From Chrysomallon squamiferum (taxonomy: Eukaryota; Animalia; Mollusca): DNA of 64,000 nt. A model generated the notes under the pieces. That model had not been told where the DNA came from and did no database searches. It saw nothing but the letters and a program-made list of their open reading frames with translations. The position numbers and the translations under genes were made by a program. Positions 13,001 through 52,664 of the stretch are shown here, one piece after another; position 1 is the stretch's first letter, and each line of letters opens with the position of its first letter. The stretch lies in assembly GCA_012295275.1 (NCBI GenBank), contig CM022666.1, positions 11,718,001 to 11,782,000 of the forward strand. The letters are read 5' to 3'.

Positions 13001-14242
13001 CACCCCATAATGGTTATTTTGAACAGAGCTTCCCTTGGTAACAAATGTTGGGTTCAAGATGAGGAATGAAATATAAAATCTGTTTCCAGAACACTGCCTG
13101 TAAATGAAATTTGTACTGCAGTGAATCATCCTGCTTATCACAATATCTATAAAACATTCTGCATTTGTGAGACAAGCTAAGTTTTTCGTGCATCATAAAT
13201 GGACTGAACAGAGCAGCTATTAACAGACAGCACACTTAAACACACATTTTACTATTACTGAATGATTTCTGTACGTACGTTGGAGATTGTTAATGACAAC
13301 ATCTTTATAATAAGCTCAGTCAGAACAACTTTCACACTTTGTCTTCAGTAACAGAAAGTTCACTTTATTTTCCTATTACATTAGGTTGAAGCATGCAAAA
13401 AGCACTTAATTCTTATTGATTTAACCATTATAATTTAGTTGTGACTTACATCTGCTATTATTTCCTATGTAATAAAGGAAAAAATAAACTAAAATTATGA
13501 ATAACAATAAAATCAGTATCTTCATTTTTAAGAATTTTAATTAACTAGATTACCTAAAAATATCAGAATGCATAATGTGTGGTTATGTGAATAAACAAAA
13601 TATATTTTACAAATGCAGAATAATTTAAATTTCACAAATATAAACCCTGAGAATGTTATTACTGTTGAATAACAATAAATATCTATGTACAACAGATCTT
13701 AAGAAAACATCATAAAACACAGAAATTACAACTTAAATTTAATAAATTTTCCTACACATGCCAGCTCATTAAAAACAAAAAATTGATAATAAATTAATTT
13801 TTCTCTAATTACTGTTTAAATATTATTTTTATCTCTGACGTTACAGAAAAAAAAAAAAAAAAACACCAACATACAAACTGAATTACTAACAGCATTTAAC
13901 ATTTACAAATGAAAACCAGATGTACTAAACAGTGTTAAAAGTTTGTTCTAAAGTAAAAACAGGTTACTAACAATCTGAACAGATGAAGTAAAACTTCTAA
14001 GTTACAGTGAAGTTCTTTTCATTTCACTGGAATGGCACTTCAAAATAATCTCTATAACAAAGGTATATATATATATATATATATACAAAACAATTTAAAA
14101 ATACAAAATAATAAATAAATTTGTCAACTGCCATTTTTTAATTATTTTGTAATATATTTTCAAAAAGAAATCGCTAAAAGAAGTCAACGGAAGAGACTGT
14201 TGCAGTTCTGCTAGACAGGGTGCAGAAAGATGTCTCTACATG

Positions 14243-40301
<26,059 letters not shown>

Positions 40302-40570
40302 CTTTTTTCTCTTTTCACGTCTGTTCTAATTTCCGTTAAAATTATAGAGTGCACCAAAGTCGCTTTCTTTTTTTCTCAGTTCCTGTCTTTCAGTCTGTTT
40401 GTGTGGCTCTTTCTACATACAGTACGCGTTATAGGACAGAAGACACGAATTGTGTTGCTAATCAGTAACAATTATCATTGGATTGACAGTTACTGGTTGT
40501 TATCATCCTTACATAAATGTATGACTGACAGGAAATAGTTGTTAACAAAAAATTACTATATATACAAGAG

Positions 40571-40572
<2 letters not shown>

Positions 40573-40601
<29 letters not shown>

Positions 40602-40641
40602 GTCTTTTTTAAATTTATTTATTTATTTTAGTTTTTGTTTT

Positions 40642-40688
<47 letters not shown>

Positions 40689-40871
40689 TTAAAAGTATTT
40701 ATATTAGGCCTGTACCAATGAAATCTGTTCCGGTATTTAAGAAAATACATGACGTAAGATCAATCTACAACTAATTACTGCTCGTCATGCTACTCTAGGT
40801 TATTTCCAGTTCTAGAAAGTCGCATAAGACTCAAATTTAATAACGTCTAAATTCAATTTATATTCAATCTC

Positions 40872-40924
<53 letters not shown>

Positions 40925-41120
40925 CGTGCGTGTGTGTGTGTGTGTGAGGTTTGGGTGGGTGTGTGTGTGTGTGTGTGAGGTTTGGGTGTGTGTGTATAGA
41001 TAGATAGACGTATAAAATATCATTTAATTGTTGTTTTACTTGATTTCATATGCCCTGTCTGAATTTCTGTCTGCCTTTATCGTTCTACTTTTATTATTAT
41101 TATTATTATTTATATTTTTA

Positions 41121-41180
<60 letters not shown>

Positions 41181-41200
41181 TATGTTATTATGATGATGTT
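40573..41200. repeat. Cluster of (ATT)n and (GT)n microsatellites
   Basis: (ATT)n at ~40573-40690 and ~41090-41180; (GT)n at ~40874-40995. Confidence 0.95.
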
Positions 41201-41264
41201 GATGATGAAAATGAAAGTCATTTGGAAGAAAGAAAACAAAACTCAGTAAATGTATACAAAACGA

Positions 41265-41270
41265 TTTATT
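41265..41270 (-). terminator. Putative polyadenylation signal of a minus-strand transcript (possibly the SEA-mucin gene)
   Basis: AATAAA on the minus strand followed ~25 nt later by a T/GT-rich tract (gagttttgttttcttcttcc). Confidence 0.35.
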
Positions 41271-43030
41271 ATAGTAAAATACTTCTCAAAGAGAAATGTC
41301 TTAAGAGTCTTCTTTATACACACGCATACACTCCAAAATCATCTCAAACGTAATATTCTGTAACAAGAACATGCAAAGTCTGACTGGTTTAAATTAATTC
41401 CTTGCAGCTAATTAAATTAGTTTCTGTACAGTCAGATTTCAGCATATTATATATATGTTCTATAGTGTAACTTAATCTAAGAATAATGTAAACGGCTTAT
41501 TAGACTGAATAAGTGTAGAACAGAGAAATAATAAACATTGTTTCCTATTCTATAAAGGACAGTATTTAATGTTTTTAAAGTAATTAGTTCATAAATATAA
41601 TCGGAGAGGAGTAAGTGCTAGCAAGATAGGTTAAAATGACTGCCTCCTCTTGGGAACTTTCGTTAGCACTAGGAACTGTGTGGACTGCGACAAGACCATA
41701 TATGGCAACTGAATTTAAGGAGGAACATTCTCAGAGAGCAAGTGCGACAGACAGACCCCTGACTGTCACAGACGTGTTTCTCAACAGCTTGCTCTGATTA
41801 GAACGTTATTTTTTTTAATTTTTTTTTCATTCACTCAGAAAGTAAGGACTGCACTTTGGCCTTGACATGACAGGATCTTAAATAATTGTAAGCATTTTTA
41901 TATTTGATTAATAATGGTTTCACATTTGTGATCAGTCAGATCAGTAATTAATTTAGGCTTATTGCTTTCATTTTAATGTCTTCTAAAAATAATAATTAAG
42001 ATGTTATATTTAATTTGTTGAATATGTTAGGCGCAAATTACTTAAATGTTTTAGCGTAACTTTAACTAACCTTAGTTACTGTTTATAACAATTTTCACAT
42101 GGAAATAAATTTGAAAATAAACTTGATTGATACACAGAGTTTTTCTTTGTAAACAGCTGATACATATTCATTATTTCTGTTCAGGTGACGAAACTGGTTG
42201 TGTGTGGTAAGTGTAACTGACATCACTATTTGAATTATGGTTATGTCTAATTCTTAATTTACCTGTGCTGGTATTTGAGTCTTTATGATAATGATTATTC
42301 TTTTTATTTTAAATATAAATGTCTCAGTGATATTAGATTTACGTTTTTAATAATAATTACAGGAATTTTATATGTCTATTTATTTAAAAGGCTTATAGAA
42401 TGTAATTAGTTCTAGTTAACATAAGTGTTAGAAATGATTACAGGCAGACGTATCGAATTAGTATTTCTGTGCCAGGTGTCCAAATGCCAGAAATAGATAA
42501 ACATGAAATCACACACATTAATCTGGCACGTTAAGCTGGTGTCGGCACACACATTAATACGGTGTTCTGAACCTGGTCAGTTTGTCCTCCTCGGACACGC
42601 CAGAGTTACAGTGTTTAATATTTCTATATCAGCGATTACCTAGGATTAAAGACTTTTGAAAAACCTTGTCTTGGTTGTTTGTAACAGTGGTTTTATGAGT
42701 AACCTATATAGTGACTAGTGAATTACGTGCGAATACGCCATATTAGCATATTATCCGCCCCACCCCCTCCACTACAAAAGGAAAACACTTATTATAGAAA
42801 ATACTCATTAAAGTGGACATTTAAATAAGAAAACACTGAACAAAGAGGATTCTTAGAAAAAGTATTTTTATCAGTTACTATATAAATAGCAACGTCTTTA
42901 AAATTAATTTCTGTAAAAATCTAAAGAGAAGAAAAAACCCATTACTTCTGCTGTCACTGAATATTACTCGAATTAGACACATATACAAATTTGGAAAGTA
43001 AATTAAAAACATTTGGGTGGATTGCATTGA

Positions 43031-43154
<124 letters not shown>

Positions 43155-43403
43155 GTTTATCTTATATCTAAGAACATACATAACAAAATAAATAGACGCT
43201 CTAAACTATAACAAAACATTGCATTCAAAACACTGATATTCTCCTGACAGTCATCTTCTTCGGTTTTGCAATGAAAGAAATTAATATTATCCAGTTATAA
43301 ATGAGTATCATACTGTTTCAGACCTATCTGATATTTGAAAATGGGAGAACACCATTAAAACTATTAAGTATAAAGGTCCAGACTGAAAAGTGTTTTGTAA
43401 AAT

Positions 43404-46400
43404 TTACGGAGAACCTGTTTCATCTACTGAATTCACTCTACTTGAGCTGAATGCAAAACGCGGATTATCAGAATTTATCATTTTCACAGTAGATGAGGGT
43501 ACAATTATCTCGGTGAACGATGTTTCTTTCTGAAAATCTACCGATTCAGTTGTGAATGGAAAAGATGACAATGCAAAATCAGTGAAGATTGCACTGCTAC
43601 GTTGGTAATCAGCAGATGCCACTGTGTTTGAAGATATAGAGATATCTTTAACAGTCTGCGCCACTGCAGTCTGTTTTTCTGTTGTTTTAAGTTGCTCTTC
43701 AGAAACAAGTGTTTGTAACTGTGCTAAATCTGTATGTTTTTTCAGTGATATAGACCCTTCTAGTGACGTTAATGAAGTTTCTAATGACACTTTGGGGAAT
43801 GTCGTTGATGTTGGTAACTTCAAGGATGTTACATAATCATCAACATTTACTGAACTTTGGAGATAAAACAGAGATGAACTGGTCAAAGAAGAAATAACTG
43901 TAATTCGTTCTACATCAGCACTTGGTGTAGAATAATTCGGTCTGTTGAATGAGGAAATAATTCCACTTTCCAATGTCACTGTAGACAGTGGAACAGTAAA
44001 TAATGTTGAACCTATATTCATTTGAGAATCTGTTTGTGTCGCTTTGTTTCCAGACATGGAAGTATGTTGAGAAGTATATATCTGTGTTGGTTCAGAAAGT
44101 GGTGAGATCTCGTCAGTTTTACTGATTTTACCTGACACTGTCTGAGCTCGTTCCGATGTTGTATTGACAATTCCTGTGATGGCTGTTGTTAACTCAGACG
44201 ACGGTAGACTAAAATCGTTGTTGGAAAGAGACGTTGACAGTACATTTAATGGACTGGTTATTTCGTATGCGTTTTGCAGATCATTAGTTGATGTATAATA
44301 CTCTGTCTGAAGTGGGTTGGTGTGGCTAAATGATTTGGTAAGAAAGGGAGTATTATCAGAAGCTAAATTGTTGGTTTTGCTAATTTTCTCTTCTGAAATA
44401 GCATTTGAGCCTGAAAAAACGTCTGTTTTATCTGATGTAGAATCAATTGTTCTGGTTGTTTGAAAAATGTTGTGAGAGCTAACAGATATAAAGTCCGATG
44501 AGGAAGTTATTGCTAATTTATATAATCGTTCTGTCGTTTGTTTAAGTTCTTCTGAAAAAGACACAGAAATCTTCGTGCTTGAATCGTCTTTAACGACAGA
44601 AGTATATATAACTTCTTGATCGGGTACGATAGTTGATTCTCGCAATACAGAAGATGACGATGTAGAAATAATTTCTGACGTTCTGGTCACATCTGGCAGC
44701 AATGCTGAAGAAGTTTCCTCTGTTAAATATGTTGATACTGTAGCAGTGACGTCAAACCAGTCTTTCTTAGTGACTGGTGTTTCAGAACTATCAAAAACTA
44801 ACAGTTTTGTTGACGATGTGTATATTGGACTAGATGACAGGTATTTTATCAATGAACCGGAATGTTCTGCTGTGATTGTTGTCATATTCTGAGTTATTGG
44901 TGTCGACGATGTTACAGACCTTGTATCAGCAGATAATGTCGAAGATGAACCAATTTTTGTAGATGTTTCCAACACAGTTGTAGATTTTGCTTTTTCGATT
45001 GTATCTAAGTAATAAGAATTAAAAGAATTAACTACAGACAATTTGCAGTTTTTTATATCGTAAGCAAAATTAAAAGTAGATTTACAAATAGGAAATCGAA
45101 ATTTGTACCCAGATATTTTAAAGTAACTGATGTTTGTATCAAGAGTTATTTCCCTTCAGTTTATTCACACTGAGTATTTTTCTTATCTAACAAGGAATTT
45201 AATTAATGACTAAAGAAAAAATTTGCTGAACTTTTATATTGTCGTTGTTCTGCATATAATTTATTCTTAAATGTTTTGTATACACACTTAAAAAATAATA
45301 TTCCTTATAAACATATTTGTGTCACAAACTCTGTGTAGTTGTCATTTAATGTAGGAGAGGTGTGTACTTAAACGTGCATGCATTCCCCAATGTTATATTA
45401 CCTTTAATCAGATGGCAAATGTTACTGGAGGACAAATCAACCATTATGGAGTCCACTAAAAGACACAAATGGTTCGTATCCACTTTCAAATTGCCCAAAT
45501 AGCCGGACTTTTGTTCCGTGATGAGATACTCATTGAGGCTGTTTGCCAGATCGTTAAACCAAAAACGTCTAGTTCTAATATTGACTTGATATCTGATAAT
45601 TAAACTTCCGTTTCTGAAAACAAAGCAGTTCCAGTCGATTAGTGAGGTGTAAACTGAGATGATTAGAACAAGGCTATAAATCAGACAAATTAAACAAATT
45701 AGCTTATATAATAGAAAAATATATATAAAAATAATACGTTCAAAAATTACTTTGTTCATATTACTGTATTATGATCACGTAAAGAAATCTGTAGAAACTG
45801 CATTAGAAGTTTACCCTAATCTTTAAGAAAGAACAGAGAAAACATTATACCTAAATTCCAATACTGTACATTGTATACCAGCACTGTCAACAGGAGAGTT
45901 TGGTCTTTTTAGGATCTTCACAAGCTGCGAATGGAACAGGACAACCATTATGAGGCTATATTTAGATCAGAACTTCTTACTGTTATATATACATCTTCAT
46001 TAATTGTTTAATCATTATAGAACTGGATTTTATTTGTATTTATTTTTTAATGAATTATTCCTTTTAGTTAATAATTTTCCTGTTCTGGCAATTACAGCGT
46101 TTAGAATATCTGTTAGTATATGATGGAATATTTCTACTGCTATTACTATTACTACTACCACTACTACGTTAGTGGACTCAATAAGTGTAATAACAAAACT
46201 GAATTACCTCTGAACAAAATTCATCTTGTGTCGCTGAAAACTCATCTGACGTTCGATTCGACAAGCCAGGTGTGTAATTTCTATCAAGCAGCCGTATACT
46301 TGAAACAAACGTCCCTGTCAAACAGACAAATTAGATTAATTAAATTCTTTCAAAAATCAGAAAAATCAAAATCATAGTAAGAATTGATCTACAAAATAAT

Positions 46401-47101
46401 TAACACATTTCATTGTTAATTTATTCTCTTATTCGCTGATTTATTTATTTATTTATTTATTTATAATGCATGAAGAGAAATCACACCGAAGGAAAAACTG
46501 AAAACATTAAATCATATATTAAGTTAAAATTGTCTTTATGTTTCTTTGATATTGCTTGTTTTCTGTTGTTGTTGTTGTTGTTGTTCATCATCATAATATC
46601 CATATCGTTATTCAGAATTCTTTAAATTTATTTACCTGTATATTGTTACATTTCGACTGACTGGGAGACAAATTAATTACGAAAATGAATCATTATTTAC
46701 TGTATTAGGTAACTATATAAAATAAAATGAAATAAATCTGTTTGTGCGTCCGTATGTGTTTTAAATTTTTTATAATTTTGTTATATTTTATATATATGTT
46801 TTAAGTCCACCTAAAAGGTTCTTACCCTCAGGAATAAAAGATGGTATCTTGTTCGCTAGAAAAAATATAAAATAATAAATTTTCTTTGTGTTATAAGCAT
46901 TAGAAAAAACTGCCTGCAATGTTTATAAATAAAAAGGCAATACTTAAATAGATAACTATTGTTAATTAATAAAAGTGAGTACTGAAACCTTATGGGAACG
47001 ATTCAGTAGGTGTGGTTTAGTATCTGAAAATGTAAATCTTAATAACAAAATCAAATAAAACACTATAAGAAATGATAAAAGCTGTTTCAGTTCCATTATT
47101 A

Positions 47102-47153
<52 letters not shown>

Positions 47154-50100
47154 CATCATTATTATTATTATTATATCTGATTTCATGATGGATGCACGCT
47201 CACACACAAACATCCGTACACAAAGAACTACAGACACATAAGTGAACAGTTATAACATAGCAACGCACATTATTATATAAATATCGATACAAATGGTCTT
47301 TTACAAATCCTAAATAATTATTTTGTTATTATTATTTTAAATTCTACATAATAAAGCATGTTTAAAAATAGCCTTACCACGCATGAGCATTTCACTTACT
47401 CCAGTACAAACTAGTGTTTATTCATTTTTATCATTATTTTTATTATTGTATTTTTTTATTTATTTATTCTTCTGATTATTATAATTATTTTTTTTTTTTT
47501 TTTTTTTTTTTGGGGAAGGAGGTTATTTTTTTTTTTTTTTTTTTAATACTGTTATATTTTATTTATACATTTTTTCCTGGTATATATTACTTCAAATCCG
47601 CTAGTTATTAACGGGTAATTATTTAATTGGTCAGTACTGCAACATAAAGCTAACTCAACGAACTGCTGTCAGGTTGGGATAATAATTTGGTAAAACCAGC
47701 GAGATTTCCCTTTTCAAAAATAAACAAGTTAAACATTGTTATGGTGGTAGTCCAAAACTGATCATAACTGAACGTTCAATAATATAAAAATACCAATAAG
47801 AGCAACAGCAATTTATAATTACATTAAACATAATTATACTTCAGCTTTTTCATTATAAGAATTATAGTTTCCCGGATTTAGTCTTTTCGAATATTAAAAA
47901 AAATCACTGGAGTAGATTATTTCTGCCTTGTTCATGTCACGAGGAAACTTCTTACATTAAACCATGGATCAACCCTCTCCGACAGACGTTTATGAAATTT
48001 CATTTTCAGAACCAAGGTTGCAAAAAGTATGACAAAAACTAAACCTCTTTAACTATTTTATTTTTCTTGGGGGAAGATGTCGTCTGGCGATGAAGAAAAA
48101 GACTAACAGATACTAGAAATCAAACACTGGTTGAAGACAGTCATAATAACAGTAAGTAATAATCTCAGCAAGCTGTTGTAGTAGTCATCATAACGTAATA
48201 TCTACAACAACAAACAGGGTTCGTAGTCACATAACACTAACAGTTGATAGTAGTCATCAGTATTAACATAAATTAAATCCATATCTACAACAACACATAA
48301 CACTAACAGAGGTCGTCATCAATCATTAACATAAATAATAACAAACAACATAAACAGTAGTTAATCATAATAATTACAGATATAGTAGTCAATAATATAC
48401 AATAATACTAACAATTTGTGATAGTCACAGCAACACTAAGATAACAGTAACCATAGCAATACCAACACCAAGTAATAGCTACAGCAACACTAAAACTTTG
48501 TAACAGCCGCAGTACTAACAAAAAGTAAGCCCAGAAGTGGTGGAAACAGTAAACTAACAGTAAACTAAAATATAGTGATAATCACAGAGGCACTAAAATA
48601 AGATACTGGTCACATATTACATTAGTTCACTTCATTCCAGTATATCATGTGAAGTGGGTTTTGTTTTTTTCTTCTCTTATAATAATTTTTTTTCTTTTTT
48701 TTTTAAAATAATGATGCCAATAAAAACGCTTGATTTATTTCAAATCATACTGTACACTATTCTGACACTGAATTAAGTATAAATTTAACAATAAAGAAAC
48801 GAGAAGTGTTTAATAAAAAATGATAAAAAAAATCTTCTAAATATTTTAATGTTTAATTTCTATATAAAATGTAACATTTAAGATTCAAAACATGTCGACT
48901 TTAACCATGCTGGTAATGACGTGCCGGTGAATGAAAAAAATAAGCATGAAGAGACAAATGAAACATTCACACTCATATACTCACATTCTGAAGCTCTAGC
49001 TACATTATACAAATAAAAAAAAAAAAAAACAAAGCATGAGTATAATTATACCAAATTACTTGTTTGGAATTATAAAACAAAAAGAACCCGACGTACATAG
49101 CACAGCCATGACGATAGCCGCAACGACAACGCCAAGAAGACTAAGGAATCATAAACACCACCAACACAACTCTACATGTGTGACGTCGTTGTATGTACTG
49201 ACTGCTGACGGTATCACTTCCTGATTCATTTTCGTTTTTCCCTAAGTAGGAAATTTCAGATCTTTCGCTCGAAGGACAATACATTGTGTAGCCTTTGGCA
49301 GCCCGGCCGTATACGCTGTTGTCAGTTGTGCTGCTCACGTCATCATCAAACCTCATATGTTTTTCAGGATATTCAACGACATCATCTTCCAGTCCATAGT
49401 GTAATGATGAAAGACGAGGCCACTGAAAACAACAACAACAACAATAATATTAATATTAATATCAGTATTAATAGTAATAATAATAACAGTGACGACAGCA
49501 ACATTATTAACAACAACAACAACAATAATAATAATATTAATATCAGTATTAATAGTACTAATAATAACAGTGACGACAGGAACATTATTAACAACAACAA
49601 CAGTTATCACAAAGAGAAGAAGAAGCATTGACAACAACAATAACAACAACAACAACAACAATAATAATAATAACAACAACAACAACAACAACACAACAAT
49701 ATTGAGCAAATACACGCAATACCCAAAATGTCTGTTTAATTTTACATCGACGGAATGAATAATCAGTCAAAGTATAGTTATTGTGCTTGTCAGCTAAATA
49801 TATCGATATGTCCCACCTTCACTGGGGTACATCGACATTAAACTGATTTCTGGAATTAGGCGTGGTGTCAGGGGTAGCCCAGATGGATCCGATGTTGCCC
49901 ACTCTCTTTTCAGAGAGTCACAAAATGAAATAATAAACTGCGTCTGTGTTACATTGATTGCATTTCACATTTTTATATTTATCATTTTTATAGCAGTTCT
50001 TAATTAACTTTATATTTATAACATGTGTATTTGGTATTTGGTGTATGGGAATTTTATATCAACTTATCTATACAAACAGTATACGTTAATCAAGTATGAA

Positions 50101-50716
50101 TTTAAAAAAAAGCTAGTTAACGTCAGCTATAGCCGAGCATGTTTGCCTTATATTTTTCAGAGTGTTGAATTATTATCTTACAGGTTCAAATTAGCTTAGT
50201 AAAATAAATATATATACATCTATCAATATATGTCTGTCTGATTGTCTGTCTGGCTGTCACTCCGTCTATTTATCTCTGTCTGGCTGTCACTCTATCTATA
50301 TATGACGTGTCAATGTGAAAATAAATGTGACAGTGTTTCTTTAAATTATTTTTTATAACAATAGAACAGTTTAATAAATGAATTAAAAATAAAAACAGCA
50401 TTCAGATGTTGTATTATTTGTTACTCGAAATCAAATAAAGAACAATAAAATGATTTGTTTACAATAAAATAATATACTAATTAATAATAACAATAGCAAT
50501 AAATAACAACAATAAAATGAAAAGAAGAATTAATGTATGATTGTTGAAGTGATTTTAATATCATAATATATAATACATACGTATTGTAGAAACTGTGACT
50601 TGATGAAAAAATATGTAAATTAATTCACTAAGTAAGCCTAATATAACAGATAATTATTTAAACGGTTTTAATGCTGTTTTAGATTCTATCTATCTATCTA
50701 TCTATCTATCTATATA

Positions 50717-50753
<37 letters not shown>

Positions 50754-51490
50754 ATCTATATATATATATATATATCGGTGTGAATGCAGTACTTTGGGGT
50801 TTTGGGGGTTTTTCTCCTTGATTTATAGCTAAGCTAGAAAATAACCTAAGAGAACTGAATATTCAAACAGATCAGACTTTTATATTACAATGCTTTATCA
50901 TTTATTTCCTTTGATAACACTCGCTCGTTGTGCATACATAATTCAATACTAGTATACTTTATACTCAATTCCTTGCTGTGAAAGAAATACTTATTGCCAA
51001 ACACTGCAAATCATAAAGAAGAATATTGTAGGAGGTTTTATTTATGAAAACGATAAAAAGGTTGCTGATTCAACAACGCGGTATGCAAGCTTTGCTATGA
51101 TTAGCCCGACCTTTGTCACGTGATAAAAAAACGGCTCAGAACGAAAAACCTACTGCTGAATATGGTTATTGAATTTGTTTTCTTTCTCTTCTCTTTCTTA
51201 TATTTCTGCTCTTATTTATTTTTACGAATAGTATCTTAACTCCGTTTTCTTTAATGGCATAAGCTTTTACAACACCAACAGTATATAATAAAATAACACA
51301 TTCAAAACTGTAACAAACAGGTTTTGTAATTTAAGTTGGCAGCAGTTTATCTTACAAGTAGAAACTGTTTTAAGGCTTTAATGTCCGCAGGCGCTGTACT
51401 AAGTATGAATCTGTGAAATTCATTTAATTCTTGTCACTTATATACCAGGTAAAGCCTCATTTCCATGCAACACAAACTACTTCCAAATAA

Positions 51491-51536
<46 letters not shown>

Positions 51537-52334
51537 CCCAAATTTAGTGTATATTAATTATATATTATTGTCATTAAGTCCGTGGTCATTATGCGCAAAC
51601 ATACACAGATATACTGTAAAAATTATGAAGCTATGTTTTGTCAGCTTAGTCAATAAGAAATATTTTGCCTCGATAAAAAAAAATGTATATATCTAAAGAT
51701 GTCGATGCATGTTACTAACATTATTTCAACATTAAATAAACAAACAAACAAACAAACAAATTAAATTAAATTAAATTAAATTAAATTAAATTAAATTAAT
51801 TTAATTTAATTTAATTTAATTTAATTTAATTAATAATTATAATACAAATAAACCCACGGTACAGCCACAAAATGTTAATGGATCAACTGACAACAAATAA
51901 CGTGTGTACGTTTTCTGTTTTAATGGTGGTTGATATATTAGTTTTTGTCACGATTCCATTAGGAACTATAACAGAAATGAGTAAACGAGTTTTTCCCAGC
52001 GGTAGCACTTTAACAATATGCAGTTTTCAACTGAGTTGTTTATTTCTTAAACGTTAGAAAAGTAAAACGTGTTTTGAGAGGTTCGTACTAATCAACTTTA
52101 CAAATCTGCTTATTACAAACTAATTTTTTAAATTAACTACTTTCTTCAAACATTATTACTTTGTATATATTAGAATTACATAATTATTATAATTTACATT
52201 GTTATCTAAATTAAATTGAAATAAAAACATTTTTATTAAATCTGACATCAAAGAATAAAATTTTCAAGAAGACTGATCCTATAATTATCTTTTTCAATAT
52301 TTATGCAAATGTATCATTGCTACTATATTGGAAA

Positions 52335-52420
<86 letters not shown>

Positions 52421-52664
52421 TAAAATATATATTATTAAATTAAAATATAATATACATTTAGTAAAAGGCTAAATGAAATAATAATAAAATTAGTATTCTG
52501 TATTTAACAGAAGTGTGTGTACTTACGCTTTTAGGATAAAAAGTAGATCATAATGATAGAACAAACTGAAATTCTGGAAAACAAATAAAACTTACCTGAA
52601 AATCAAGTTATGCCCTAACAGAGAGTGTTCTTACCTTATAATGAAAGCGTGTGGGCAGATTCAT
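43404..52664 (-). CDS. Type II membrane protein with a SEA domain and a large C-terminal Ser/Thr-rich mucin-like region; frame-disrupted as assembled (possible pseudogene or assembly error)
   Basis: Proposed exons: 52635-52664 (MNLPTRFHYK, tentative); 49097-49422 (cytoplasmic part plus TM VVLVVFMI/LSLLGVVVAAIVMAVL, needing a 1-nt correction at ~49146); short exons 47378-47410, 46989-47023 (35 nt, off-phase) and 46826-46855; SEA exons 46208-46314 (FVSSIRLLDRNYTPGLSNRTSDEF), 45851-45924 and 45402-45613 (LEFR|NGSLIIRYQV, GSVVV-type motif); and the S/T-rich exon 43404-45004 (acceptor ttattacttag|AT, phase 1). The SEA and mucin exons join in phase. Confidence 0.72.
49428..49692. repeat. (AAC/AAT)n low-complexity tract containing a ~75-bp tandem duplication
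   Basis: aacaacaataatattaatatcagtattaatagta..aataataacagtgacgacag occurs twice. The tract explains the spurious poly-N/L/V ORFs. Confidence 0.9.
51764..51831. repeat. Perfect 68-bp AT-only palindrome (TTAAA)n/(TTTAA)n
   Basis: 34-bp arms centred on 51797/51798 with no spacer. Confidence 0.9.
52337..52417. repeat. (CT)n microsatellite
   Basis: Directly visible. Confidence 0.97.

Noticed and set aside
10033-14242. Possible overlap of the convergent 3' UTRs of paralog B and MED12
   Set aside because: Many AATAAA/TTTATT hexamers occur by chance in this very AT-rich DNA, so transcript ends cannot be placed from sequence alone.
41604-41816. Identification as RNase MRP/P, telomerase RNA, 7SK, minor spliceosomal snRNA or SECIS
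   Set aside because: The diagnostic motifs (paired P4 strands, CUAACCCU template, Sm site in context, AUGA..GA quartet) were not found. Kept only as an unassigned structured candidate.
45005-45155. Upstream extension of the 545-aa mucin ORF, including its listed TTG start at 45041
   Set aside because: The phase-compatible acceptor is at 45004, so the extension is intronic.
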